From contig JAUFOQ010000005.1 in NCBI GenBank assembly GCA_040285855.1, positions 434,001-498,000 on the forward strand: DNA of 64,000 bases, in the 5' to 3' direction. Below the pieces are notes generated by a model that saw only the letters and a list, made by a program, of their open reading frames with translations, did not search any database and was not told where the DNA came from. The stretch is from Eukaryota sp. GEM-RC1 (taxonomy: Eukaryota). Shown here piece after piece: positions 23,587 through 34,011 of this stretch; position 1 is the first letter of the stretch, and each line of letters opens with the position of its first letter. The position numbers and the translations under genes are program-made.

Positions 23587-26453
23587 TTACCTCTTCTCTT
23601 CTTTCGAGCTCCTAGTTCTCTTTGCTACAGGTGTCTTAACTTTGGAAGACGTCTTAGGAGTACTCTTACTACCGGAGGTACGTTTAAGCTTAGTGTTGTT
23701 ATTACTAGACCTGTTTCTATTGTTACGAAATAAATCTAAATTGTCTAATTTTACAAAGTCACTATACGCTTTGGTGTTCTTGATGTCCTTGATGGGAACT
23801 GACGAAGTATCACCACCAAACCAAAGTACAGTGCAGAATTCACCATCGGGTGTATCAAACCTATCTAGGATCTTAACCACGATGTGTTCTTCAGAATCCC
23901 CAGAAGCAATTGCTCTGTGGAGATCATGATCAGCAGGCAGATCTGATTGAAAGATCTTACATTGATGAATGCTAGTCTTACTAACATATCCAGTGATCAG
24001 ATTCTTTAATGAAACAGAAGATTTTGAATCAACTGAGACAACTAGAAAAGGTCCAGTGTAGTTTCCATGGAGCTTACTAGTTTTGGCGACCTTTAACACA
24101 AGATCTCCAATCTTAAATGATTGACTAGTGTTAAACTTCTTCTTAGGCTTGAGTACTGATTGACGATCCTCTGCCTCTTCTCTTTTTCCGTTAAACGTTC
24201 TAGTTTCATTTTAATGTCGTCAATAAACGAAACATTCTTTGTTGATTTCTCAACAGCATCTAGTAAACCACTAGGATCTGCACCAGGACTTATGTCACTA
24301 CCAAACATCAGTTCGTAAGGAGTATGCCCAGTTATTGAACTCTTTGTTGCGTTGATCTGCAACTGTACAGTTGGAATGTACGTTGACCAATTGTCATAAT
24401 CATTGAAGTCCACAAGGAGACGACGTAGGCTTTGCAGAACGTCTCTGTGACGTCGTTCCACCAGTCCATTACTCTGGGAGAAATGAGGAATCGAACGACT
24501 TACTTCAATCGCCAGTAGGTTACATATTGCCTCGAAAATAGCATTGGCAAACTCCGTACCATTATCACTATGGATACAAAACGGTATTCCAAAGATAGCA
24601 ATCACATCCCACACAAGACGATATGCTACTTCTCTACTGTTAAGTTCTTCGAGGGGGCTCAAAATGGTGTATCTGGTGAAAGAATCTACAAACACCAATA
24701 GGAATTGGTTTCCATTTTGATCTTTTGGAAGTGGACCGATTGTGTCGACATTAAGTCTAGCAAAAGGTCTATCAGCCCATAGAGAACCCGTCGATTCAAT
24801 TATCTTTTTAGGGATAGGTGCCGTTTTCTGACACGCAGGGCATTGCTGAACATGTTTTATCATGTCAGCTTTCATACTCTGGCCAAAAGTAACCACTATT
24901 GAACAACATTTCCAAACTTCGTTTCTTGTTTGGGTGTCCTGACTGGACTAAGCCATGTAGCATGTAAAGAACTTTCTTTATTAAGCTAGATGGAATCAAA
25001 ATCTTGTTCTTTGAGTTCATGTATACATTACTCATTGTACACAAAGTTGAACCATTAAACAGTTGATCTCCTTGTTCTATCGCTTTAGATTGTTCTGACC
25101 TAATGGTGGATAACCAAGAGTCAAATAAAGGAAGTTTGTTGTCTGTTGAGAGATTACGAAGACACTTGATAGCTAATACGTTGGAGTCACGTGGAAGCAT
25201 CTCAACATAGTCTGCATCATCATAAAGTAAGCCTTCATGAGAAAGGGTTAAATCTTTTTGATGGAAAGATTTGAGATCGTTAAAGATTTGATTGTTTCAA
25301 CTGGGCGTCGGTCAATAACACGTGACAACATGTCAGCCCATTGATTGTTTGTACCAGCTACATGTACTATCTCAAAATCGAACTCTGAGAAAATTGGAAT
25401 CCATCGTTTGACAATACGATTCTTTTCTGGAGCAGATATAAGATAAGCAAGGTTCCTATGATCAGTAAAGATCGTCAAGTGCCTACTTAACAGAAAACCT
25501 TCTAAACTAGATTCTGTCAGAATCAAAAGAATGGCATACAGCTCTTTCTGGATAGCTGCCCAATTCTGTTGACTATCATTGAGTAAACGGCTATAAAACG
25601 ATACAGGTCTAACTCTACGTTCTTCTAACGGAGTTCCTGGAGGAGCTGGAGGATTTTCTTCCTGCCAGATCACACCACCAACAGCAATGTCGGATGCATC
25701 TGTGGATATGATAATGTTCTTATCAGTATCAGGTAAGTCTAAAGCCATATGGTTTATAATCTCAGACTTTAGTTGAGTTAATAGAGCATCATGGTCTTTT
25801 GTCCAAACAATTTTCTTGGGTTTACCACGAGTCAGTTTATTGATTGATGCAGTCAAGTTCGAATAATTCGGAATCCATTCACGAACATAATTCAAAGCAC
25901 TAAGTAAACTTCTAACTTCAGGTAAAGTTGAAGGAGCAGGTAACTCAATCAACGCCGAAACTCTTTTATCATCTATGCAACGGGTTTTATTACAAAAGTT
26001 GCTGCCCAGAATCTTATTAGGATGTCTAGAAGTGGTGAACCTACACTTCTTCAATCCAATCCGTACTCTAAAACGTTCTGCTCGTTCCAGTACTAGATTT
26101 ATTCTTGAAATAAACTCTTCAAAGGTATTGCCTACAACAATTATATCATCAATATAAATGAAAACACCTTCGACATTGAAAATTTCCATCATGATGTTTT
26201 GAAAAATTGCTGGTACGTTTTTCAATCCAAAACATGCTCGTTTAAAGCTAATAGACATTCCAGGTATAGACACACTGGTCTTCTCGACATCTTCTTCAGC
26301 TACATTTAGCTGCCAGAATGCTTTAGGAAGGTCAAGTGTTCCAATGAAATTTGCTTTTGAAAGAAACTCTAGAACATCACAGATTCGTGGCAAATTTGGT
26401 TTCACCGGTCTGTTATTAGCAATAATCCCATCAGTTCCACTGAAATCTCCAGT
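23587..26453 (-). pseudogene. pol: pol: RT, RNase H, integrase, chromo-like domain; three single-base frameshifts (about 25257, 24879, 24185)
   Basis: LDLPKAFWQ, FGLKN, YIDD; TDASD, KELYAI, TDHRNL; H..GH..CPAC, VDTIGPLP, SDNG, GLVER; GPF; frames can be reconciled using the 57723-60897 copy. Confidence 0.9.
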
Positions 26454-27968
26454 TCAACGAGGCTTACGGTGATCATTATATACCACCAAGACTATGGGAC
26501 TGCTGAACTTACCAGTTGATGGTACGGCCCATCCTTGTCGTATAAGTTCATTAAAAATTTCTTCGGCTATACGCTGTTTTTCAGGGTTAAGCCTTCTAGG
26601 AGGACGAAATACAGTGACACTTTCATCATAGAATGGAATTGTCATGGGTGGACAATCAATACCATCAGGATGTATATCTTCTGAATAGACTTGTTTGTAT
26701 TTACTGAGTAGGCTCAGAAGCTCCGTTCTTCTTGTAGAATCATCCAATTCTATCGTGCAACCAGAGTTGTCAATGGTTTCTTCAAACAGATCTATATCTA
26801 ATTGAGTGTTACCGTACTGATCAATAGCAAAATGTGTTGAATTTGGTTTTATTGAACATTTTGATTGAACTCTATTAATCGAAATTGATGGAGACCTCAT
26901 TCTCTCATCAAATTCACTCTCTGCATTGAGAATAGTGCTATGTTCTTTATCTAATCTAATGACTAGACCATCATCCGAAAGCAACCCCAGTTCTTCTTGC
27001 AAATCTCTACCAATGAGGAGAATTTTTGTTCCTGGAACTACTGGTAGAGTATGCTTAACATGAATCTGGTTGGCCAAGCTGCCAACGTTGAACGTCAGAA
27101 CACCTATTGCACTACCTAAGGAAGTAGCACGAATATTATTCGCTGAGATGTATTCAATACAACTATCAGTAGTTGTCATCTCACAGTAGCGTATCAAATC
27201 TTGAGAAATGACTGAACATGATGCTGCTGAGTCAAATTCTCCTACTACTGGTACATTGTTGATTAACAATCGAATACATAAAGGACCCTTACCTTTAGAA
27301 TCGAACCCTAGGTTCTGGTTGAGACTACGAATTGTTTCAACAGATGATGTACTTCTACCCTTGCTTGAATGTGTGTTCAAAGCAGCCAATGGGTTCATGT
27401 ACTTATGAGGTGTAGTGTGATTATCTCTAGATGTGTTATTTGTTGCAAGTCTGAAAATATAGTTATTCTGTTGTTTATTGGAACTAAAACGACGACTAAA
27501 AGATTGACTACGACTGTCACCTGATCTACGTTTGTTGGACTTCTTATCACTGTCAGATTGAGGTTTTGATCTACAATCAGTGGAGTAATGGCCCATTTTT
27601 CCACAGTTAAAACATTTAACCGTAGACTTAACATCTCCAGGTGTACCATGAGAAGATTGAGAATGGGGCTTGTTTGCGGTATTTGGTCGATTTCTTCTAT
27701 TTCTAGAAGGAAAACGACTGGAAGGAGTGGATAAGGACTTCACAGCTGTGGAACGCTTGTAGGTAGTCCAGATCGATCTAACTTCTTGGAAGAATTGAGG
27801 TAGCTTATCATCCTCAGTTTTGAGACGATGATCCCATCTAAGAACAAGTTCATTCAAAGCAATAATTCCTTTGTCAGGATTCAGTGTTTCTAACATCAAC
27901 TCGGCTACTGTGGAAGCAGGGACCTTTGTTCGGACAGTTTCATCACTCGACGTAGCTATTATCGCCAT
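26454..27968 (-). CDS. Gag zinc knuckle, aspartic protease and start of RT
   Basis: CFNCGKMGHYSTDC (CCHC), GEFDSAASCSVIS and LLIGRD protease motifs, FSSPIVLV RT N-terminal motif; ends at an in-frame TGA. Confidence 0.85.
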   Translation of the reverse strand: MAIIATSSDETVRTKVPASTVAELMLETLNPDKGIIALNELVLRWDHRLKTEDDKLPQFFQEVRSIWTTYKRSTAVKSLSTPSSRFPSRNRRNRPNTANKPHSQSSHGTPGDVKSTVKCFNCGKMGHYSTDCRSKPQSDSDKKSNKRRSGDSRSQSFSRRFSSNKQQNNYIFRLATNNTSRDNHTTPHKYMNPLAALNTHSSKGRSTSSVETIRSLNQNLGFDSKGKGPLCIRLLINNVPVVGEFDSAASCSVISQDLIRYCEMTTTDSCIEYISANNIRATSLGSAIGVLTFNVGSLANQIHVKHTLPVVPGTKILLIGRDLQEELGLLSDDGLVIRLDKEHSTILNAESEFDERMRSPSISINRVQSKCSIKPNSTHFAIDQYGNTQLDIDLFEETIDNSGCTIELDDSTRRTELLSLLSKYKQVYSEDIHPDGIDCPPMTIPFYDESVTVFRPPRRLNPEKQRIAEEIFNELIRQGWAVPSTGKFSSPIVLVVYNDHRKPR

Positions 27969-27995
27969 GGAACATTTGATGGTTCACGTGATAAT

Positions 27996-29678
27996 TCAAT
28001 TTGATTGTCTATCTCTTTCTGCTTTGGTTTTGTTGGCTTTAGCAATCAACTCGTTTCTATGTCGAATTTTCGGTTCTTCGAGTTCTTTTTTCGACATGAC
28101 TGTTGATTCTTGGTTCAAATCACGAGTGAAGTTCTCGGTCACACGGTAAACGTTTTCATGTTCTTCACTGGCAACAAACCGATCAACGTCTCCAAATTCT
28201 CCATCAAACTTTCTAGTTGAGAGAATATCACGTGAACCATCAGTGAAGCGGTCAACAGATTCTGGACGGAAAGGTTCACCAGGAACGTGAGCAGAAAGGC
28301 AAGCAGTTTGACGTAGCTCTTCAAGCTTGGGAAGAAGTGTACCAACTTCTCGTAAAGCACCATGAGCAACAGGAAGGACCTTTTGAGATCCGCCAATGCC
28401 ACTAAACTGTTGGACAACCACAGAACCTTCATCAGGAACAGCTAAGGTCGTGTTTGATGCTTCAAAGGTTGACTGTGGAAGGTTTTCATATCTATGACCA
28501 ACGGGAAGGTGTCTAGAACTAACAGCAACGTTGTGATACGTCTTGACTTGATTGCTCAAGCTTTGACAATACCACGCTGAGTAAGCATACGTAACGTATC
28601 TACCATCGGCATCGAAACTAGGTTCCAATGGTTCAATCAAGATACCATGACGAGGATCCCATGAGTAATCCGAGGGATAACGATACGTATCCCCAGCATC
28701 TCCATCATACAAATCACCCAGAAAGCGTTCAATAACTTGAGGGGAAATACCTGGAGGAACGTTCCTCAACAGATAGTGCCGTCTTTTAGGCATACGGTTG
28801 CGGATGACAGGATGCCAAGGAGCGAACTTCGCCAAGTGCCACATGTCGTAATCAGAGATACCAACGCTGTTGTCTTGTGGACTTACCCAGGGTATGAGTC
28901 TATTTGGGATAGCATCCTTATGGAAGTGCTGTTCCTCAATAGACCCAACTAGCTCTTCGACTTTGTTGCCTCGATCTTCTGGAGAGAGACTCATCTTACG
29001 AGCTAGAAGTTCCTTTTCAACAAGAAGCTTCTGTTCTGCTTCGAGTCTTCTAGACTGCTCTTTGGCGAGAGATTCCTGTAACTTGCGAATCTCTTCAACC
29101 ACTTCAGTTGACCTCTTTTGAGGAACTGGAACAACATCGGGAATGCTTTCTTTATTAAAACTATTTCTACGAGGAAGAATAGGGAGAGGAGACGCTGTTA
29201 CAACAACATCATGACTCTCGGAATGCGGAGTACTGCTACTGTCAGCATCGCTTACTCTATACTTCTCTAACAAGCTTGGGATACGGTCTGAAATTACAGA
29301 GGGAGTATCCAAACCCACTTCGCCATCCTTGCGGGAAGACGAAGTCCTTCCATCCTCAGATGGGCATCCACCTTCAGGTTGAACATCTACAACTCTACGA
29401 GAAGTAGATTCACCACCCTCAGGTGAGATTTCCGTCACCTCCTTGTGGGAAGTGGGGCTTCTATCCTCAGATAGGCATCCGTCCTCAGACAGGCATCCAT
29501 CCTCAGATGGGTCACTTTCAAATTCCGACGAGTCAACTGACTCTTCTGTCTCAGGAACCAATGGCTCCATTCGACGGGAAGACACTTTGGAGCTAGACTT
29601 AGATCTAGTCAAAGGTTTGTTTCTACGATTAGTTTTGTTTCCCGCTTTTGGGGGGTTAGTAGTCCTTTTCTTCACCAT
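27996..29678 (-). CDS. gag: Gypsy ORF1, Gag N-terminal part (basic NLS-like start, acidic Ser-rich region, coiled coil)
   Basis: ATG 16 nt after the 5' LTR; open to TGA at 27998-27996; same frame as the downstream knuckle/protease ORF. Confidence 0.7.
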   Translation of the reverse strand: MVKKRTTNPPKAGNKTNRRNKPLTRSKSSSKVSSRRMEPLVPETEESVDSSEFESDPSEDGCLSEDGCLSEDRSPTSHKEVTEISPEGGESTSRRVVDVQPEGGCPSEDGRTSSSRKDGEVGLDTPSVISDRIPSLLEKYRVSDADSSSTPHSESHDVVVTASPLPILPRRNSFNKESIPDVVPVPQKRSTEVVEEIRKLQESLAKEQSRRLEAEQKLLVEKELLARKMSLSPEDRGNKVEELVGSIEEQHFHKDAIPNRLIPWVSPQDNSVGISDYDMWHLAKFAPWHPVIRNRMPKRRHYLLRNVPPGISPQVIERFLGDLYDGDAGDTYRYPSDYSWDPRHGILIEPLEPSFDADGRYVTYAYSAWYCQSLSNQVKTYHNVAVSSRHLPVGHRYENLPQSTFEASNTTLAVPDEGSVVVQQFSGIGGSQKVLPVAHGALREVGTLLPKLEELRQTACLSAHVPGEPFRPESVDRFTDGSRDILSTRKFDGEFGDVDRFVASEEHENVYRVTENFTRDLNQESTVMSKKELEEPKIRHRNELIAKANKTKAERDRQSN

Positions 29679-29694
29679 CTTGGACAATAATTAT

Positions 29695-29785
29695 TGATAC
29701 CGTTTGGCTACAAAGGGTAGGGAAAAGATGTTTATAAATAAAATAATATGATCTTGTAACACTTCACTAACACCTGTGGCTAACA
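29695..29785 (-). repeat. 5' LTR (91 bp)
   Basis: Minus strand TGTTAGCC...GGTATCA; followed by AAAA on the plus strand. Confidence 0.95.
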
Positions 29786-30155
29786 AAAATGTGTTTTTGT
29801 AACTTCAAACATTCAAAACTGATTTATAAAAAACTAAGGAACATACTACATGTAGACAGTTTATGTTGACGGCCAGACACTATCACAGATTTTGACTTAA
29901 AGAACTCAAGTGCAGTGTATTGGTTCCTTTTGAACAGTGACGTTAACTCCAATATTGATGATAACTTAACAGATTGAAGTCACTATGAGATATCGTGGTG
30001 CTTCGTTTAACCTTCTTCTACAAATAACTATGTAAGTTATCAAATCCCTCATAAATAACACTCTTTCTAGAGCAGTTCCAGAAGTGTTATTTAATAACAG
30101 ATTTTTGAACAGTAAAAACAAACTAAAGATTTATTATTACTAGGACATCTTAAAA

Positions 30156-31034
30156 CTACACGACATTGCCCATATCATATCCAGACATTTTGTTAGATTG
30201 AACAAGAGGTGGTTTCCACATTGTAAGGAAAAGCTGCCAATGAAGTACTAACACAACACATGCAACGATCAACCAAAGAGTTTCTCCAATAGCAAAGTTG
30301 GATACAGTAAAGCCGAATAGCCGGACAGTAAAAATAGGGGTATAGTTATTGATTGCATTTACAGCAGCATGAAACACAATGGCCAGGAACGCACTCCCTT
30401 CAGTCTTGAGCCACATCCATGTGAGAATGACAGCAAGCGAGCAAACAGCCATGGGGTAAAACACAAGCCAATCAACAATGGAGAACTGTGCTTGGAAAGA
30501 TGTGGGAATTAATGCAAGAGGAATATGCCAGCATGTCCATGCTATTCCAAGTATTACACTTGCGAGAAGTGGATTGAAATGAGCCAGAAGCCGAATCTGA
30601 GCAAAACCACGCCAACCAGGTTCCTCCATACCCCCTCCGATCAGAGCCATAAAGAGGAAGATGAGAGGAAAAGTCCATAATGGGAGAACTTCGTCTGTAT
30701 TGATATTGTCACCAATGGTATAACAGATCAGCAGTAGGATGGATAATACGACGAGAGGAACACCAACGCCAGCAACATACCATTTATAATGGAGTTTGTA
30801 GTGGAATGTTGATCGCCAGAATTCGCTGGTTGTTTGAGTTTTCTTACTGACAATATAAGCAGCAAGCATAGGGCCCAGAACACCGAGCAACATTATAACG
30901 GGACCTAAATCTTCAGAAGGAACATATGCTGCAGCAATCCAGCAGATCGCCGAGAACAGATAAGCTAGCAGGAAGAAGACAGCTAGGGGTTTCCATTGCG
31001 TCATGGATTCCCATTGTGATGGTGATAGGAGCAT
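30156..31034 (-). CDS. CPBP family (type II CAAX/Abi/Rce1-like) intramembrane glutamic protease
   Basis: GGGMEEPGWRG (EExxxR), WTCWH, VFHAAVN (HxxxN) motifs intact; multi-TM. Confidence 0.88.
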   Translation of the reverse strand: MLLSPSQWESMTQWKPLAVFFLLAYLFSAICWIAAAYVPSEDLGPVIMLLGVLGPMLAAYIVSKKTQTTSEFWRSTFHYKLHYKWYVAGVGVPLVVLSILLLICYTIGDNINTDEVLPLWTFPLIFLFMALIGGGMEEPGWRGFAQIRLLAHFNPLLASVILGIAWTCWHIPLALIPTSFQAQFSIVDWLVFYPMAVCSLAVILTWMWLKTEGSAFLAIVFHAAVNAINNYTPIFTVRLFGFTVSNFAIGETLWLIVACVVLVLHWQLFLTMWKPPLVQSNKMSGYDMGNVV

Positions 31035-31980
31035 TAACCTGGGTGCAAAATCAATATCATCTCAACTTCATGATTTCTAAACTTTTCTTGATGTTCCAGT
31101 GTAACGTTGGCTGAGTTCTAGGAGTCTTCCTCACATTTAGATAACATGTCACAGCAAGATACTTTTCATCTTCACTGTGATTTTTGTTAACCACCGATGT
31201 TGTGATGTGTTAGTATTAAAGATTTTAAGTTAAAGTATAGTGTAGCTCTAGATGATTATTATTTATAATATTCTTTCCTCATACATGTCTACCCATGCTG
31301 GTAACATTTTGACTAAAATTACAAATAACTACTATTGTCCTAAATCTCAGTGGAAAAAAATGCTGAATGAAAATCGCGATTGTGCTTGATTATATTTTAT
31401 TATTTCGTTGGGTATCCACAGAAACAGGCCAAACTGTTGAAGAAGCATATTATATATTATTTTTATTATTTATCGTACAAAAATCATCCCCCATACAGTT
31501 CAGCAATAATATAAACACCATCGTTTAGTCCTAGTGATAAAACTCATGTAGAAGAGAGCGGGAAAGATTATGACTGAATGGTTTTAGACCAATCATTGAT
31601 CACCAATAGCCAGAAAAGTTGGAGAAATTTTTTGGAGAAAATGCTTTTCACAGTAAAACTATTCGATATAACCACAAAAGAAATAGTAGATGACAAGGTG
31701 AACAAGAAAGAGATCGAGTACTGTTTGTATCATGTTATAGTGGTTGTTTGAAAAACAAAGTGTGAAAAAACAAAGTTCGTAAGAGATGTTGTCACAGCAT
31801 TGTTATGTAAACTCGAAGTAAACAAGCAGAAAAGAAATCGATCGCCTGAAGAGAATAAGAGGCATTACTCCTTCGCTTGGAGGTTGAAAAGATTGACATA
31901 ATAAGCAGAAGCTGATGGTCACGATATTGAGTGTGACAAGTTGAGTCCAACTGACCTTTTCTTTTGAACAAAGATGTCTC

Positions 31981-34011
31981 ATGAACTTAATGGAGCCTTC
32001 ATTAGATGATACTGTTTCCGTTACTGACGTTGTTAAGTTCTGTCGATCCTCCACTGGTGTCTCCTCCTCAGAACGTAGCTCTGTTGTCTCGTCCACTTCG
32101 TTTCCTTCCGCCCCTCCTCCTACCATTTACTTTCCACAGTCCTTGCTCACTTTAATACATGTTCATTATCTCTCCCGTCTGCTACAACCATCTCTTGAAT
32201 GGAAAATCCATGAGCCCCGCCGTGCTCTGCTTGGTTTGAAGACCTTTCTACCTCCGTTTTTCAAACACGTTGGCTATGTAAGCAACCACTTCCTCGAATC
32301 TGCTTCTCAAGCAATCAAGGTGTTTTTTCAAAGAAACACGTTTCATATCGTGCCTAAGGATCTTTCTCCACTGTCTGCTCTTGGTTCTCTCTTTGGAGCT
32401 GAATCCAAGTCTTTCTTCTTACACGTCGATGGGGTCTTTAATGTTGATAAGTTTCTTGCCTATTCTCAAGTACTTTCAGGATTGGAATTAAAAATAAGTC
32501 ACCAAAATGATTTTGATTTTCTTAACAAGTCTTCTATGTTCTTTCCACGTCTTACACAACTTCATGTTTGTGGTAATTCCACAGTTTCCTTGCCATTGAT
32601 CGAATTTTTGAAACTTAATACAACAATTACAAATATAAATCTACGAAACAACTCTATTGGTGACGACGGTGCTATAGCTATAGCTGAAACGTTAAAAGCT
32701 AATGTTACAATTACCGGTATTAATTTAGGTGAAAACTCTATTGGTGACGACGGTGTTAGAGCTATAGCTGAAGCGTTAAAAGTTAATTCCACGGTAACCA
32801 GTATTTGTCTGGATTGCAACTCTTTTGGGGATGAAGGAACTGAAGCGCTGGCAGAGGTTTTAAAAGTCAATGATTCAGTTACAATTGTTGATTTAAGTCT
32901 CAACTCTATTACTGTTGAAGGTGCTGCGTTTTTGGCAGATACATTGAAAGTTAACACTACAGTTACTCAAATTAATCTAAGTTACCTCGATATTGAAGCT
33001 GAAGGTACCAAAGTTCTGGTAGATGCGTTAAAAGTCAATACTTGTCTTACAGTCATTGATCTCAGTGAAAACTCTATTGGAGATGAAGGAGCTACAGCAC
33101 TGGCAGATTTACTCAAAGTAAATACTTTTATTAAAAGTATTATTATTAAGAACAACGATATTGAAACTGAAGGTGCTGCAGCTCTGGGGGAGGCACTTAA
33201 AGTGAACACCACAGTTACTCGTTTTGATCTGTGGAACAACTTTCTTGGAGATCAAGGAACTGCAGTGTTTGCAGATGCATTGAAAATAAATGCATCGATT
33301 ACCAGCATTAATTTACAGAACAACTCTGTTGGAGCTGCAGGTGCAAGAGCATTAGCTGATGCGTTAAAAGTTAATGCTACTGTTACCAGTCTTAATCTCT
33401 ATGAAAACTCTATTGGAGATGAAGGGGCACGATTTTTGGCGGATGCTTTAAAAGTAAACAATGTAGTTACAAGTGTTTATCTGTATGACAACTCTATTGG
33501 AGCTGAAGGTGGCAGAGCATTGGCAAAGGCGTTAGAAGTTAATACTTCAGTAACAAATATTGATCTCACTTGTAACTCCATTGGAGCTGAAGGCGCTAGA
33601 GCATTGGCAGAAGCGTTAAAAGTTAATGCTTCAATTACGGGTGTTGAACTCACGTGTAACTCTATTGGAGCTGACGGGGCAAGAGCATTGGCAGATGCGT
33701 TAAAAGTTAATACTACTGTTACAGGTCTCTACCTTTATGGAAACTCTATTGGAGATGAAGGAACAAGAGCATTGGCAGAGGCGTTAAAGGTCAACACTAC
33801 AGTTACAGTAGTTGTTCTAGACAGAAATTCTATTGGAGATGATGGGGCTAAAGCTTTATCGGATGTGTTAAAAGTTAATAATATCATTACCCGTATTGAT
33901 CTTGATGACAACTCTATTGGAGTTAAAGGCGTTACAGCTTTAGCAGATGTGTTAAAAGTTAATAGTAAAATTAAAATAGTTGGTGTAGATCAACTTGATC
34001 AGTATTTGTAA
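31981..34011 (+). CDS. RI-like LRR protein, near-identical duplicate of 644-2674
   Basis: Only two amino-acid differences in the supplied translations (H/R, C/R). Confidence 0.92.
   Translation: MNLMEPSLDDTVSVTDVVKFCRSSTGVSSSERSSVVSSTSFPSAPPPTIYFPQSLLTLIHVHYLSRLLQPSLEWKIHEPRRALLGLKTFLPPFFKHVGYVSNHFLESASQAIKVFFQRNTFHIVPKDLSPLSALGSLFGAESKSFFLHVDGVFNVDKFLAYSQVLSGLELKISHQNDFDFLNKSSMFFPRLTQLHVCGNSTVSLPLIEFLKLNTTITNINLRNNSIGDDGAIAIAETLKANVTITGINLGENSIGDDGVRAIAEALKVNSTVTSICLDCNSFGDEGTEALAEVLKVNDSVTIVDLSLNSITVEGAAFLADTLKVNTTVTQINLSYLDIEAEGTKVLVDALKVNTCLTVIDLSENSIGDEGATALADLLKVNTFIKSIIIKNNDIETEGAAALGEALKVNTTVTRFDLWNNFLGDQGTAVFADALKINASITSINLQNNSVGAAGARALADALKVNATVTSLNLYENSIGDEGARFLADALKVNNVVTSVYLYDNSIGAEGGRALAKALEVNTSVTNIDLTCNSIGAEGARALAEALKVNASITGVELTCNSIGADGARALADALKVNTTVTGLYLYGNSIGDEGTRALAEALKVNTTVTVVVLDRNSIGDDGAKALSDVLKVNNIITRIDLDDNSIGVKGVTALADVLKVNSKIKIVGVDQLDQYL

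Larger units (their letters stand above)
23496..29785 (-). mobile_element. Full-length Ty3/Gypsy (chromovirus-like) LTR retrotransposon, family 1
   Basis: Identical 91-bp LTRs with TG...CA, AAAA TSD, PPT, gag zinc knuckle, PR-RT-RH-INT order, C-terminal chromo-like domain. Confidence 0.95.

Noticed and set aside
24180..25260. Programmed ribosomal frameshifts in pol
   Set aside because: Two are single-base losses in A5 runs, and the second copy is in frame at all three positions; more likely sequencing error or decay
26454..27998. Genome-wide UGA=Trp recoding (in-frame TGAs also at about 63125, 63245 and 63269)
   Set aside because: The Trp-rich intact genes at 22615 and 30156 use only TGG, and decayed copies show TGG to TGA or TAG mutations (about 60417, 59987 and 9182), so ordinary decay or element-specific recoding suffices
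27977..28242. A MITE or simple inversion bounded by the 17-bp inverted repeat
   Set aside because: No TSD; the interior is part of the open ORF1; inverting the segment does not restore a continuous frame
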